Assembly (NCBI GenBank): GCA_964464165.1
Contig: CAYXFA010000006.1
Location: forward strand, 16,092-80,091
DNA from: an uncultured Phycisphaeraceae bacterium
Lineage (GTDB): Bacteria; Planctomycetota; Phycisphaerae; Phycisphaerales; UBA1924
DNA: 64,000 nucleotides
Reading direction: 5' to 3'
A program made the position numbers and the translations under genes. The notes below the pieces were generated by a model. It was not told the DNA's origin. It saw only the letters and a program-made list of their open reading frames with translations, and searched no databases. Position 1 is the first letter of the stretch; the number at the start of each line of letters is the position of its first letter. Of the stretch, positions 35,885 to 44,833 are shown piece after piece.

Positions 35885-36496
35885 TCAGCCGCCCACGCCC
35901 GCGATGGAGCGGGCCATGCGGAACAAGTCGGTCTGCAGGCGGTCGGCCGTTTCCGCGTCCGGAACGGTCGCCCGCACGAACCAGGTCTGGTCAGTGCTTT
36001 CCTCGTACACCCCCGCCGCGAGCATCACACCCTGGGGGGATTCGATCCGCGCTTCGTACCCCTCGTAGCCCGGGGCCGAGAACCGGGCGATGGCCGCGTC
36101 GAGTTCGCCCTCGCCGATCGGGCCGAGCCCCATCTGACCGCGCCACCGGTTGACGTTGGCGAGCTCGCCGCCGACGCGCCCACCGAACCGCGTGACCGCG
36201 ACCTCCACCGGCCCGCCCGCGACGGGCGCGAGATAGGTCGCCAGGCGCATGGGCCGGGGCTCCGCGTGCTCGGTCCACCCGTCGGGCGCCGTCCAAGGCC
36301 GGCCCTCGCCCGCGGCGGTGGGCGCGGCCTCCCCGGCCGTTTCGGGAGCGGGCGCCTCGGGCACGCGCTCGACGCCCTTGGGCACAGAACGCTCCTCGAC
36401 GCCGGGCCGGTCGCAGCCGGACAGGGCCACCGCCAGGCAGGCGGTTGCGACGGCCCAGAGGAACGCGTTCGACCGGGCAACTCGTGGGGGCATCAT
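35885..36496 (-). CDS. hypothetical lipoprotein, first gene of the ccsBA-nrfHA transcription unit
   Basis: Internal ATG at 36496 gives MMPPRVARSNAFLWAVATACLAVALSGCDRPG (lipobox LSGC). The stop lies 9 nt upstream of the ccsBA ATG. It has a conserved-looking core, GGELANVNRWRGQMGLGPI. No family recognised. Confidence 0.55.
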   Translation of the reverse strand: MMPPRVARSNAFLWAVATACLAVALSGCDRPGVEERSVPKGVERVPEAPAPETAGEAAPTAAGEGRPWTAPDGWTEHAEPRPMRLATYLAPVAGGPVEVAVTRFGGRVGGELANVNRWRGQMGLGPIGEGELDAAIARFSAPGYEGYEARIESPQGVMLAAGVYEESTDQTWFVRATVPDAETADRLQTDLFRMARSIAGVGG

Positions 36497-36616
36497 GGGG
36501 GATCCTATTCGAGCGGCCGGCGCCCGCGGGCGTTCCGCGGCGGTCATGAAAACGCTCCCCGGCGTGCGGGCCGGGGAGCGCGGGTGGTGCGTCGATCCCA
36601 ACGGGGGCGGGACGAA

Positions 36617-37504
36617 TCAGCGGCGGCGACGGGCCGCGCCGAACAGGCCGGCGACGCCCAACAGGGACGCGAAGCCGGGGGCCGGGACCAGCAGGAAGTC
36701 CAGGTAACGGCCGCCGCCCGCGTAGACGAGCGTGCTGCCGCCGGTCTCGAGGTCCATCACGTGGACGCCGGTGCCGTTGGTCCACAGCAGGTTGCCGTTG
36801 CCGAGCTCGTAGAGGCCGCGGGCGCCGTTCGCCGAGTAGGTCGTGATCACGGCGCCGCTCTCGGCGTCGAGACGCACGATGTTGTTCGACGAGAAACCGG
36901 CGACGAGGATGTCGCCGTTGGAGGCGACGATCATCTGCTCGGCGAAGTTCAGCGCGGTCGAGTTGTGGAACGTGCCCAAGGAGGTCCCGTCCAACGAGAA
37001 GTGGTGGATGTCGTCGTTCGCGCTCGACGAGGAAACGAGCATGCCGTCGCCGTAGGCGAGGATGCCGAACGGGCTGGGCGACGTGCCGCCGGTCGAGAAC
37101 GAGCCGAGGTTGTTCCCCTCGGTGTCGAAGCGGACGATGGCGGGGCCGGGAGCGCCGTTCGCCGTCCCGGAGTTGGTCAGGTAGACCGTGTCGCCGATGC
37201 GGGCCATCCCGCGGATGTTGTCCAGCCCGCCGGAGATCGCGCCGAGGTAGGTCCCGGTCAGGCTCCAGCGGGAGATCCGGTCGCCGATCTGCTCGGAGAT
37301 CCAGATCTCGTTGTTGACCTGCATCGCATGCACGGTCGTGCCGCCCTGGGTGGCGAAATAGTTGCTGTTGACGACCGAACCGTCGAACGGGTTGAACAGC
37401 ACGACGCGTTCGTTCGTCGAGTCACCCATCATGACGTACTGCGCGTCGGCGTGCGCCGCCGCCGTCCCGGCGACGAGCGCCAGGACGAGCCGGTTGATGT
37501 TCAT
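36617..37504 (-). CDS. secreted beta-propeller-like protein with PEP-CTERM-like sorting tail
   Basis: Internal ATG at 37504 gives a signal peptide (MNINRLVLALVAGTAAAHADA). The body has repetitive Gly/Ser/Asn-rich strands. The C-terminus FLLVPAPGFASLLGVAGLFGAARRRR is a VPAP variant of PEP, plus a TM helix and an Arg cluster. Confidence 0.6.
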   Translation of the reverse strand: MNINRLVLALVAGTAAAHADAQYVMMGDSTNERVVLFNPFDGSVVNSNYFATQGGTTVHAMQVNNEIWISEQIGDRISRWSLTGTYLGAISGGLDNIRGMARIGDTVYLTNSGTANGAPGPAIVRFDTEGNNLGSFSTGGTSPSPFGILAYGDGMLVSSSSANDDIHHFSLDGTSLGTFHNSTALNFAEQMIVASNGDILVAGFSSNNIVRLDAESGAVITTYSANGARGLYELGNGNLLWTNGTGVHVMDLETGGSTLVYAGGGRYLDFLLVPAPGFASLLGVAGLFGAARRRR

Positions 37505-37660
37505 GGGTCTCTCCTTTTTGTCTCTCTTGCTTCTCTCAGGATCGACTGGCACCACGAGCGGTCACCGACGCGACGCGCGCGACGGAACCCGTCCCCAGCC
37601 TAATAGGGGGTATCCCACTACGCAAGCCCGAAGCCCGGAACGCCGAGCAAAATCCCCCAG

Positions 37661-38839
37661 TCAGGGGGTATCCGTGGGCTCGAGACGCAGCAGACGCCCG
37701 CGCCGCTCGTCGGTCAGCAGATACAGGTACCCGTCGGGCCCCTGACGCACGTCGCGGATGCGCTCCTCAAACTGGAGCGTCTCCTCCCCCACGATCCGGT
37801 CACCATCGAACTTGATGCGGCGCACCTGCTTGAGCACCAGGCCGCCCGCGAACAGGTCACCCTTCCACTCCGGCATCGCGTCGCCGGTGTAGAAGGCCAG
37901 GCCCGACGGCGCGATGCACGGCGTCCAGACGACCAGAGGTTGGGTGACCCCCGGCAGGTCCGTGTGCTCGCTGACGCGCGGGCCGTGGTACTCGTAGCCG
38001 TAGGTCGCCTCCGGCCAGCCGTAGTTGGCGCTGGGCTCGATCAGGTTGAGCTCGTCGCCGCCGCGCGGGCCGTGCTCGGTCGCGTAGACCTTGCCCGTCC
38101 CGGGGTGCAGGGCCAGGCCCTGCGGGTTGCGGTGGCCGTACGAGTACACCTCCTGGACCGCGTCGACGCGGGCCTGGAACGGGTTGTCCGTGGCCGGCGA
38201 CCCGTCCGGCATGATCCGGAGCATCTTGCCCAGGTGGCTCGACATGTCCTGCGCCGGCGACTTGAGATTGCCCTCCCCGACGCTGAAAAGCAGCGAACCG
38301 TCGGGCAGGAACAGCATCCGCGACCCGAAGTGGAAGCCGTTCGACTTCGCCGGCTCCGCCGTGAAGAGGACCTGCAGGTCGTGCAGCGCGTGGCCCTCGA
38401 AGCGTGCCCGGGCGATCCGGGTCGCGTTGGCCTGGGCGGTGCCGTGGGCGTACGAAAGGTACACGAGCCGGTTCTCGGCGAAGTCGGGGTGGAGCACAAC
38501 GTCGAGCAGCCCGCCCTGACGCAGGGCCAGGACTTCCGGCACGCCGGCGACGGGGTCCGCGTGCAGCGTGCCGTCAGCGTGGAGCACACGGAGCCGGCCC
38601 GGACGCTCCGTGATCAGGGCCGAGCCGTCGGGCAGCCACGCGATCGCCCACGGGTGCTCGAGCCCGCCGACCACCTCGACCGCCTTCCATCCCGTCGCGG
38701 CGGGGGTGGCGCCCGTCGGCTCGACCGGGCCCGACAGCGGCTCATTCGGACGGCTCGCGAGCTGGGCGTGCGCGGCGGCGCCCAGCGTCGCGGCCAGGAA
38801 CACAGCGGGAACGGCGCGGATCAGGGTTGGCGGCGTCAT
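37661..38839 (-). CDS. PQQ-dependent sugar dehydrogenase (soluble aldose sugar dehydrogenase/YliI family)
   Basis: Internal ATG at 38839 gives a signal peptide. Family motifs: GLEHPWAIAWLPDGSALITERPGRLRVL, SYGHRNPQGLALHPGTGKVYATEHGPRGGDELN and ANYGWP. Confidence 0.85.
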   Translation of the reverse strand: MTPPTLIRAVPAVFLAATLGAAAHAQLASRPNEPLSGPVEPTGATPAATGWKAVEVVGGLEHPWAIAWLPDGSALITERPGRLRVLHADGTLHADPVAGVPEVLALRQGGLLDVVLHPDFAENRLVYLSYAHGTAQANATRIARARFEGHALHDLQVLFTAEPAKSNGFHFGSRMLFLPDGSLLFSVGEGNLKSPAQDMSSHLGKMLRIMPDGSPATDNPFQARVDAVQEVYSYGHRNPQGLALHPGTGKVYATEHGPRGGDELNLIEPSANYGWPEATYGYEYHGPRVSEHTDLPGVTQPLVVWTPCIAPSGLAFYTGDAMPEWKGDLFAGGLVLKQVRRIKFDGDRIVGEETLQFEERIRDVRQGPDGYLYLLTDERRGRLLRLEPTDTP

Positions 38840-38961
38840 GGACCATGATAACCCGCGGTCCCGCCTGTCCAAAACACGCGCAACCACCCGGTCCCGGCGG
38901 GATTCCGGGTCGGTTCCGCCGGACGGCGCGGTAGGATGTCGTCCCCAGGAGGAGGAGCCCC

Positions 38962-40029
38962 ATGAACCCCACCACCCCCACGCTCTGCGCCCTGCTGGCG
39001 TTCGCCGCCCCCGCGTGGTGCCAGACCTTCAACGGCGCTGTCGACACCCCGGCCGGTTCGGCGCAGGTCTCGCTCGGAGCCCGGCTCGCCACCGCCGGGT
39101 CCTTGATCGGCGACCACGACCCGGCGATCAACCCCGGCGGCACCCAGACCCGCCCCGGCCTCTTCGGCGGCTCCGGCAACCAGCCAATCCCCGCAACGGT
39201 AGACTTCAACGCCGACGCGGCCGCCGCCACCCAACCCGCCGGGACGCTCGGCCTGACCCTGGATTTCGAGGCCGGAACCATCCGTATCGACGGCGCCGCG
39301 CTGGACCTGCTCAGCGGCTCCGAGGCGGCCGCCGACCTGTCCGCCACGCTGCTGTTCAACACCTTCAACACGGTCAACCCGACCTTCATCTACATCGGCG
39401 GCACACCCATCACCGTCCCGCTCGGCCAGCTCGCCGCGATCACGCGGGCGGAACTGGGGCAGACCGGGCCTGCGCAGGGCTTCCTGACCCCCACCGCGGA
39501 CCCAGACGTGTTCGACTTCTCGGCCGACCTCCCCGCCGAGGCGTACCTGACCCTGTCGATCACCCCGCCCGGTTCCGACCCCATCTCGACCGACCTGGAC
39601 GCCCTGCCGGTGGACCTGCCCGTCAGCGGACGCATCACCCGGCTCGGCGACGGGTCCGTGCGGGTGACCGTCTCCGCCGCAACGGATCTCGGCGGGTCCG
39701 ACCTGCCGCTGCCGTCCGACCCCCTGCCGACGATCCCCGTCTCCCTCCCCACCCTCGGCTCGGCGACGGCCAACGTGCTTCTGACCCTCGTGCCCGAATC
39801 GCTCGCGGCGGACACCACGATCGCCGTGGAGCTGGTCGTGCTGGGTGAACCCACGGGCTGCGACGCGGACCTCACCGGCGACGGGCTGCTCAACTTCTTC
39901 GACCTGGCCACCTACATGGCCCTCTACAACGACCAGAACCCCGCGGCGGACCTCGCCCCGCCGGCCGGCCTGCTCAACTTCTTCGATCTGGCCGCGTACC
40001 TCGACCTGTACAACGCCGGCTGCCCGTAA
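38962..40029 (+). CDS. secreted protein with two C-terminal dockerin/EF-hand-like LLNFFDL repeats ending in GCP
   Basis: Signal peptide MNPTTPTLCALLAFAAPAWCQ. The C-terminus is CDADLTGDGLLNFFDLATYMALYNDQNPAADLAPPAGLLNFFDLAAYLDLYNAGCP. The body has no recognised domain. Confidence 0.6.
   Translation: MNPTTPTLCALLAFAAPAWCQTFNGAVDTPAGSAQVSLGARLATAGSLIGDHDPAINPGGTQTRPGLFGGSGNQPIPATVDFNADAAAATQPAGTLGLTLDFEAGTIRIDGAALDLLSGSEAAADLSATLLFNTFNTVNPTFIYIGGTPITVPLGQLAAITRAELGQTGPAQGFLTPTADPDVFDFSADLPAEAYLTLSITPPGSDPISTDLDALPVDLPVSGRITRLGDGSVRVTVSAATDLGGSDLPLPSDPLPTIPVSLPTLGSATANVLLTLVPESLAADTTIAVELVVLGEPTGCDADLTGDGLLNFFDLATYMALYNDQNPAADLAPPAGLLNFFDLAAYLDLYNAGCP
39886..39993 (+). repeat. tandem 24-nt coding repeat (LLNFFDLA) spaced 84 nt apart
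   Basis: ctgctcaacttcttcgacctggcc (39886-39909) and ctgctcaacttcttcgatctggcc (39970-39993) differ at one base. Confidence 0.85.
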
Positions 40030-40057
40030 CCCGGGCCACGCGGGCGTACGCTTCGGC

Positions 40058-41917
40058 GTGCTGATCTCCGCCCGTGGCGTCACGAAGTCGTTCGCGTTGC
40101 GTACCTTGTTTTCCGGGGTCTCGCTCGGCGTGCGCGAAGGCGACCGCGTCGGCGTCATCGGCCCGAACGGGGCGGGCAAGAGCACCCTGCTCAAGATCCT
40201 GGCCGGGGTGATTCAGCCGGACGAGGGGGAGATCACCGCGACCCGGGGCGTCCATGCGATCTACGTGCCGCAGGTGGACGAGTTCCCCGCGGGGAGCACG
40301 CCGGCGTCCGTGGCGGTCCGCGCCGCCACCGAGCACCTCGACCGGCTGGGCGGCCACCACGACGCGCACGAGGCCGAGACGCTCGCCGCGCTGATCCTCG
40401 ACCGCCTGGGTTTCGACGACGACCGCCGATCCACCGCTTGCGAGCACCTCTCCGGGGGCTGGCGCAAGCGTCTGTCCCTCGCCCGGGCGCTCGCCTCCTG
40501 CGGCGGCGAGCCGGACCTCATCCTGCTCGACGAACCGACCAACCACCTGGACCTGGACGCCATCGAGTGGCTGGAAGGCTTCCTGCGACGCGGCACGTTC
40601 GGGGCATCCTCGTTCTCCTCGGTCTTCGTCACCCACGACCGGGCCTTCCTGGAGTCTGTCGCCACCCGTGTGGCCGAGCTCAGCCCCGCCTACCCGGACG
40701 GCATCTTCACCGCGGACGGCGATTACACCGAGTTCCTCCGGCGCAAGCAGGAGTTTCTCGACGCCCAGGCCCGCGCCCAGCAGGTCATGGCGAACGCGGT
40801 CCGCAAGGACCTCGCCTGGCTGGCCCGCGGGCCGCAGGGGCGCGGCACGAAGGCCAAGGGACGCATCCAGGCCAGCCACGAGCGGATCAGCGAACTCGCC
40901 GACCTGAAGACCCGCAACGCGGCGGCCGCCGGCGCCGCCGCCCGCGTGGATTTCAACGCCACCGAACGCCGCACGAAGAAACTGATCGCACTCAAGGGCA
41001 TCGGCAAATCGCTCGGCGGACGGCGGCTCTTCTCCGGGATCGACCTCGTCCTCGGCGCGGGCGACCGCGTGGGCCTGCTCGGCCCGAACGGCAGCGGCAA
41101 GACGACGCTGATCCGGGTCCTCACCGGCGACCTGGCCCCCGACGAGGGCGAGGTGGTGTTCAGCGATCCGCGCCCCCGCATCGCGGTCTTCAGCCAACTG
41201 CGTCGAGAGTTCGACCCCGCCACCACGCTGAAGGAAGCCCTGTGCCCCGTCAGCGACCAGGTGCGCTTCCGCGATCGCCCGATGCACGTGTCCGCCTGGG
41301 CCCGGCGGTTCCTCTTCCGCGACGAGCAGCTCCGCCAGCCCGTCGGCTCGCTCAGCGGCGGAGAGCTGGCACGCGTCCACGTGGCCCGCATCATGCTCGA
41401 ACCCGCGGACGTGCTGGTGCTCGACGAGCCCACCAACGACCTGGACATCCCCACCCTCGAAACCCTGGAGGAGGCGCTGGAAGAGTTCCCCGGCGCCATC
41501 GTGCTGGTCACGCACGACCGCGCCATGCTCGGCCGGCTCTCCACCGAGGTGCTCGCCCTCGACGGGCGCGGCGGGGCGCGGACCTTCGCGAGCCTCGACC
41601 AGGCGCTCGCCGCGGCCCCCACCAACAAGCCGGAACCCGCGCCTGCCGCATCCCCGCCCCCCGCGCCGGCGCCACAGGCCCGTCCCGCCCGGCGCAAGCT
41701 CAGCTACAACGAGCAGCGTGAGTACGACACCATGGAGGAGCGGATCCTCGCCGCCGAGGCACGCGTGGCGGAGGCCGAGGCCCGGATGCACGACCCAGCC
41801 GTGCTGGCCGACCACGCCCGCATGGCCGACGCCTGCGCCGCGCTCGCGGAAGCCCAGTCCGCCGTCACGGCCCTCTACGAGCGGTGGACCGAGCTCGGGT
41901 CGAGGGCGTCGGGCTGA
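40058..41917 (+). CDS. ABC-F family ATPase (Uup-like, two ABC domains + C-terminal coiled coil)
   Basis: GTG 40058. Walker A appears twice (GPNGAGKST, GPNGSGKTT). Signatures LSGGWRKR and LSGGELAR. Walker B ILLDEPTNHLD and LVLDEPTNDLD. No TM helices. Coiled-coil tail EERILAAEARVAEAEARM. Confidence 0.85.
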   Translation: MLISARGVTKSFALRTLFSGVSLGVREGDRVGVIGPNGAGKSTLLKILAGVIQPDEGEITATRGVHAIYVPQVDEFPAGSTPASVAVRAATEHLDRLGGHHDAHEAETLAALILDRLGFDDDRRSTACEHLSGGWRKRLSLARALASCGGEPDLILLDEPTNHLDLDAIEWLEGFLRRGTFGASSFSSVFVTHDRAFLESVATRVAELSPAYPDGIFTADGDYTEFLRRKQEFLDAQARAQQVMANAVRKDLAWLARGPQGRGTKAKGRIQASHERISELADLKTRNAAAAGAAARVDFNATERRTKKLIALKGIGKSLGGRRLFSGIDLVLGAGDRVGLLGPNGSGKTTLIRVLTGDLAPDEGEVVFSDPRPRIAVFSQLRREFDPATTLKEALCPVSDQVRFRDRPMHVSAWARRFLFRDEQLRQPVGSLSGGELARVHVARIMLEPADVLVLDEPTNDLDIPTLETLEEALEEFPGAIVLVTHDRAMLGRLSTEVLALDGRGGARTFASLDQALAAAPTNKPEPAPAASPPPAPAPQARPARRKLSYNEQREYDTMEERILAAEARVAEAEARMHDPAVLADHARMADACAALAEAQSAVTALYERWTELGSRASG

Positions 41918-43509
41918 ACGACCTCCGCGTCGTCCCGCGGCGGGCCCGCGAGGTAGGCCAGGGCCCGCGCCGTGTGGTAGCCCACGGCGTCCAGCCAGCG
42001 CGTCACGTCGATCAGGTCGCCGCTGTCCGCCGCGGAGATCCGGCCGTGGGCCGTGTCCTGCAGGATCCCGGACCGCACCGCCTTGCGCACGCCCGCCACC
42101 TCGACCGCCAGCGCGGCGATCTCGCCGGCCTTGGAAGGCAGCCCGGCCGTGTCCGTCCCCATGACGCCGAGCAAGCGCTCGACGCCCGAACGCACGGCGG
42201 CGACCTCCCGGCGGCGGACCAAGCCGGGCCGATCGTCGAGGCGGTCGATGGTTTCGCCCAGGCTCTCCAGGTGGTCGATCGCGTGCAACAGGTCGATCCG
42301 CCGGGAGGACTCCGGGCTTTTCATCGGGGCGGCCTCGCGCTCCCCGCCCACCTCCGCGACGAACTCGGCGATGCCGGGCAGCGCCGCGCGGGCCTCCATG
42401 AACGCCGCGGCAAGCTCGCGGTTCGATCGCCCGGACCGGACCAGCTCCTCGCAATGGCGGGCCAGGGCGCCGAGCACCTCCGTGAGCGCCCGCACCGCCG
42501 CGTCGATGCCGACCGATCCCAGCCGGGTGAGCGACGCGTCCAGGAATCGCCCGTACACCGACCCGTGCTGCGGGATCATCCACTCGATCAGCCGCGCGAA
42601 CCAGCCCGTGGCCGGGAGGAACACCAGCACGCCCAGCACGCTGAAACCGGTGTGGAACGCGGCCAGCGCGTTCGCCCCGGCGGGCTGGCCCGTCGCGGCC
42701 TCCCACCGCTTCACGGCCCAGAAGAACACCGGCAGCAGGGCGAACACCATCGCGCCCGTCAGCACGTTGAAGACCACGTGGGCGGCGGCCGTCCGCTTCG
42801 CGGCCACCGACGCGCCGATCGCTGCGATCACCGCGGTCAGGGTCGTGCCGATGTTCTGCCCGATGATGAGGGCCGCTCCCTGCTCGATGTCGATGGCCCC
42901 CTCGTGCAGCGCGGCGAGCGTGACCGCCACCGTCGCGCCCGACGACTGCATGACGACCACCATCACGAAGCCGATCCCGACCAGCTTGAGGCTCCCCCAG
43001 AACCCGCCGCCCGGCAGGGTGGCCGGGTCGACCCGGCCGGCCAGCCCGGACATGCCGTCCTGCAGCAGCCCGATGCCGAAGAAGAGCAGGCCGAACCCAG
43101 CGATCGCGGCCCCCAGCGGCACGAGCCGCCCGTGTCCGAGCAGCCGCAGCATCGCGCCAACGAACACCACCGGCAGGGCGACCGCCGACAGCGAGAGCTT
43201 CAGGCCGAAGACCGAGACGATCCAGCCGATGCTGGTTGTCCCCACGTTCGCGCCGAAGATCACGCCGATCGCCAGGGGGAACGACAGCAGCCCGGCGTTG
43301 ACGAACCCGATCGTCGTCAGCGTGGTCGCGCTGGAGGACTGGACCGCGACCGTCAGGGCGGCCCCGGAGAACATCGCCGAGACCGGGCCCCGCACCACCC
43401 GCGCGAGGATCTCCCGCAGTTTCGCCCCCGCGCATGCGCGGATCCCGTCCGTCAACAGGGTCATCCCCAGCAGGAACAGGCCGATACCGCCGAGAAGGGT
43501 GATCGTCAT
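41875..43509 (-). CDS. Na/Pi cotransporter family protein with PhoU-like C-terminal domain
   Basis: MTITLLGGIGLFLLGMTLLTDGIR and AALTVAVQSSSATT, with a second repeat VVMQSSGATVAVT (duplicated NptA motif). A helical cytoplasmic tail follows. Confidence 0.85.
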   Translation of the reverse strand: MTITLLGGIGLFLLGMTLLTDGIRACAGAKLREILARVVRGPVSAMFSGAALTVAVQSSSATTLTTIGFVNAGLLSFPLAIGVIFGANVGTTSIGWIVSVFGLKLSLSAVALPVVFVGAMLRLLGHGRLVPLGAAIAGFGLLFFGIGLLQDGMSGLAGRVDPATLPGGGFWGSLKLVGIGFVMVVVMQSSGATVAVTLAALHEGAIDIEQGAALIIGQNIGTTLTAVIAAIGASVAAKRTAAAHVVFNVLTGAMVFALLPVFFWAVKRWEAATGQPAGANALAAFHTGFSVLGVLVFLPATGWFARLIEWMIPQHGSVYGRFLDASLTRLGSVGIDAAVRALTEVLGALARHCEELVRSGRSNRELAAAFMEARAALPGIAEFVAEVGGEREAAPMKSPESSRRIDLLHAIDHLESLGETIDRLDDRPGLVRRREVAAVRSGVERLLGVMGTDTAGLPSKAGEIAALAVEVAGVRKAVRSGILQDTAHGRISAADSGDLIDVTRWLDAVGYHTARALAYLAGPPRDDAEVVQPDALDPSSVHRS

Positions 43510-43540
43510 GGCGCGGGCCGATCCTACGCCCGGACCGGCG

Positions 43541-44833
43541 TCACCCCAACGCCTCGATCCGTGCGGCGATCCGGTCCAGGCCCAGGTTGGCGCACCCGCC
43601 CAGCGACACCCGGGCCGCCAGGCTGGGCCCGGGGTCCGCGTCGGTCAGGTCCGCCAGGGAATCCCCGACCCGCCGGTAGGCCTCGCGGAACGAGGCCCCG
43701 GCGGCGGCCAGCTCGACCGCCCGGTCCGTGGCCATCATCGCCCCGTCGATCGCCGCCCGCATCCGGTCCAGCCGGAACTCTGTCCCCCGGAGCACCGCGG
43801 GGACCAACCCGACCGCGTCCAGCGTGACCCGTGCGGCCCGGATGAGCGGGGGCTTGGTGAGCTGCAGGTCCCGGTGGTAGCCGCTGGGCAGGCTGAGCAC
43901 CTGCTGCAGCTCGGCCATCGCCCCGGCCACCGTGGCGCACGAGGCCCGGAGTAACTCGGCCAGGTCCGGGTTCTTCTTGTTGGGCATGATCGAGGAGCCC
44001 GTGACCATCTCGGCCGGCATGCGGACGAAGCCGAACTCCTCCGTGCTGTACAGGCTCAGGTCCCACGCCAGCCGGCGCACGTCCTGCATCGCCTGCCACA
44101 TCGCCGCCAGCGCCTGGTGCTCGTGCTTGCCCCGGCCCGCCTGGGCGCACATCGGGTTGACGACCACCCGCGCAAAGCCCAGCTTGGCCGCGACCTCCTC
44201 GCGGGCCAGCGGCAGGTTCACCCCGTAGCCCGCTGCCGTTCCCAGAGGGCTGGCGTCGACCCAGCGCCGGGTCATCGCGACCAGCTCGGCCGTCTCGGCG
44301 AACGACTCGGCGAACGAGCCCATCCACAGGCCGACGCTCGATGGCACGGCCCGCTGCAGGTGGGTGTAGCCCGGCATGGGGGCGGATTCGTCGGCCCGGG
44401 CGCGCTCCAACGCCGCCCGGGCGGCCTCGGCGAGCCCCGCCCCGAGCCGGTCGAGGGCGTCGAGCATGTACAAACGCGTCGCCACGAGCACCTGGTCGTT
44501 GCGGCTGCGCCCCAGATGCACGCGACCGCCGACCTCCCCAAGCCGCTCGGTCAGGTACGCCTCGATGGCCGAGTGCCCGTCCTCGTAACGCTGGTCGAGC
44601 ACGAAGCCGCCCTCGTCCCAGAGCCGGGCGAGATCCTTGAGCGCCGCCACGATCGCCGCGGCGTCGGCCTCGGAAAGCAGCCCGCACAGCGCCAAGCCCT
44701 CGGCGTGGGCCGCGGTGGCGTGTACGTCGAAGGCGAACAGCTCGCGGTCCAGCAGCACGTCGTCCCCGGCCAGGAAGCGCATGACCGCCTGGTCCGTGCG
44801 GACGCCCCGCTTCTGCCACAGCAACGTGCTCAT
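43541..44833 (-). CDS. argH: argininosuccinate lyase
   Basis: Internal ATG at 44833 gives MSTLLWQKRG. Fumarate-lyase signature region GSSIMPNKKNPD. Also HLGRSRNDQV and GYTHLQRA. Confidence 0.9.
   Translation of the reverse strand: MSTLLWQKRGVRTDQAVMRFLAGDDVLLDRELFAFDVHATAAHAEGLALCGLLSEADAAAIVAALKDLARLWDEGGFVLDQRYEDGHSAIEAYLTERLGEVGGRVHLGRSRNDQVLVATRLYMLDALDRLGAGLAEAARAALERARADESAPMPGYTHLQRAVPSSVGLWMGSFAESFAETAELVAMTRRWVDASPLGTAAGYGVNLPLAREEVAAKLGFARVVVNPMCAQAGRGKHEHQALAAMWQAMQDVRRLAWDLSLYSTEEFGFVRMPAEMVTGSSIMPNKKNPDLAELLRASCATVAGAMAELQQVLSLPSGYHRDLQLTKPPLIRAARVTLDAVGLVPAVLRGTEFRLDRMRAAIDGAMMATDRAVELAAAGASFREAYRRVGDSLADLTDADPGPSLAARVSLGGCANLGLDRIAARIEALG

Noticed and set aside
33113-37603. 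1496-aa ORF on the plus strand spanning the ccsBA, lipoprotein and PEP-CTERM genes
   Set aside because: It lies antisense to several well-supported genes that have clear motifs. Its translation is low-complexity Arg/Gly/Pro/His/Asp-rich with no domain features. Long stop-free antisense frames are expected at this GC content.
37605-37673. Two copies of AGGGGGTATCC (37605-37615 and 37663-37673) upstream of the PEP-CTERM-like gene
   Set aside because: There are only two 11-nt copies. One overlaps the stop codon of the PQQ dehydrogenase gene. No matching promoter or operator consensus was recognised, so this could be chance.
39974-43435. 1153-aa minus-strand ORF, plus similar long antisense or off-frame ORFs (e.g. 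1285..3897 +, 5098..7014 +, 22392..24149 -, 23812..25767 -, 25965..27620 -, 41884..43827 +, 49526..51382 +)
   Set aside because: Same reasoning. Each overlaps a gene with strong family motifs on the other strand or frame and translates to Arg/Gly/Pro/Ala-rich low-complexity sequence.
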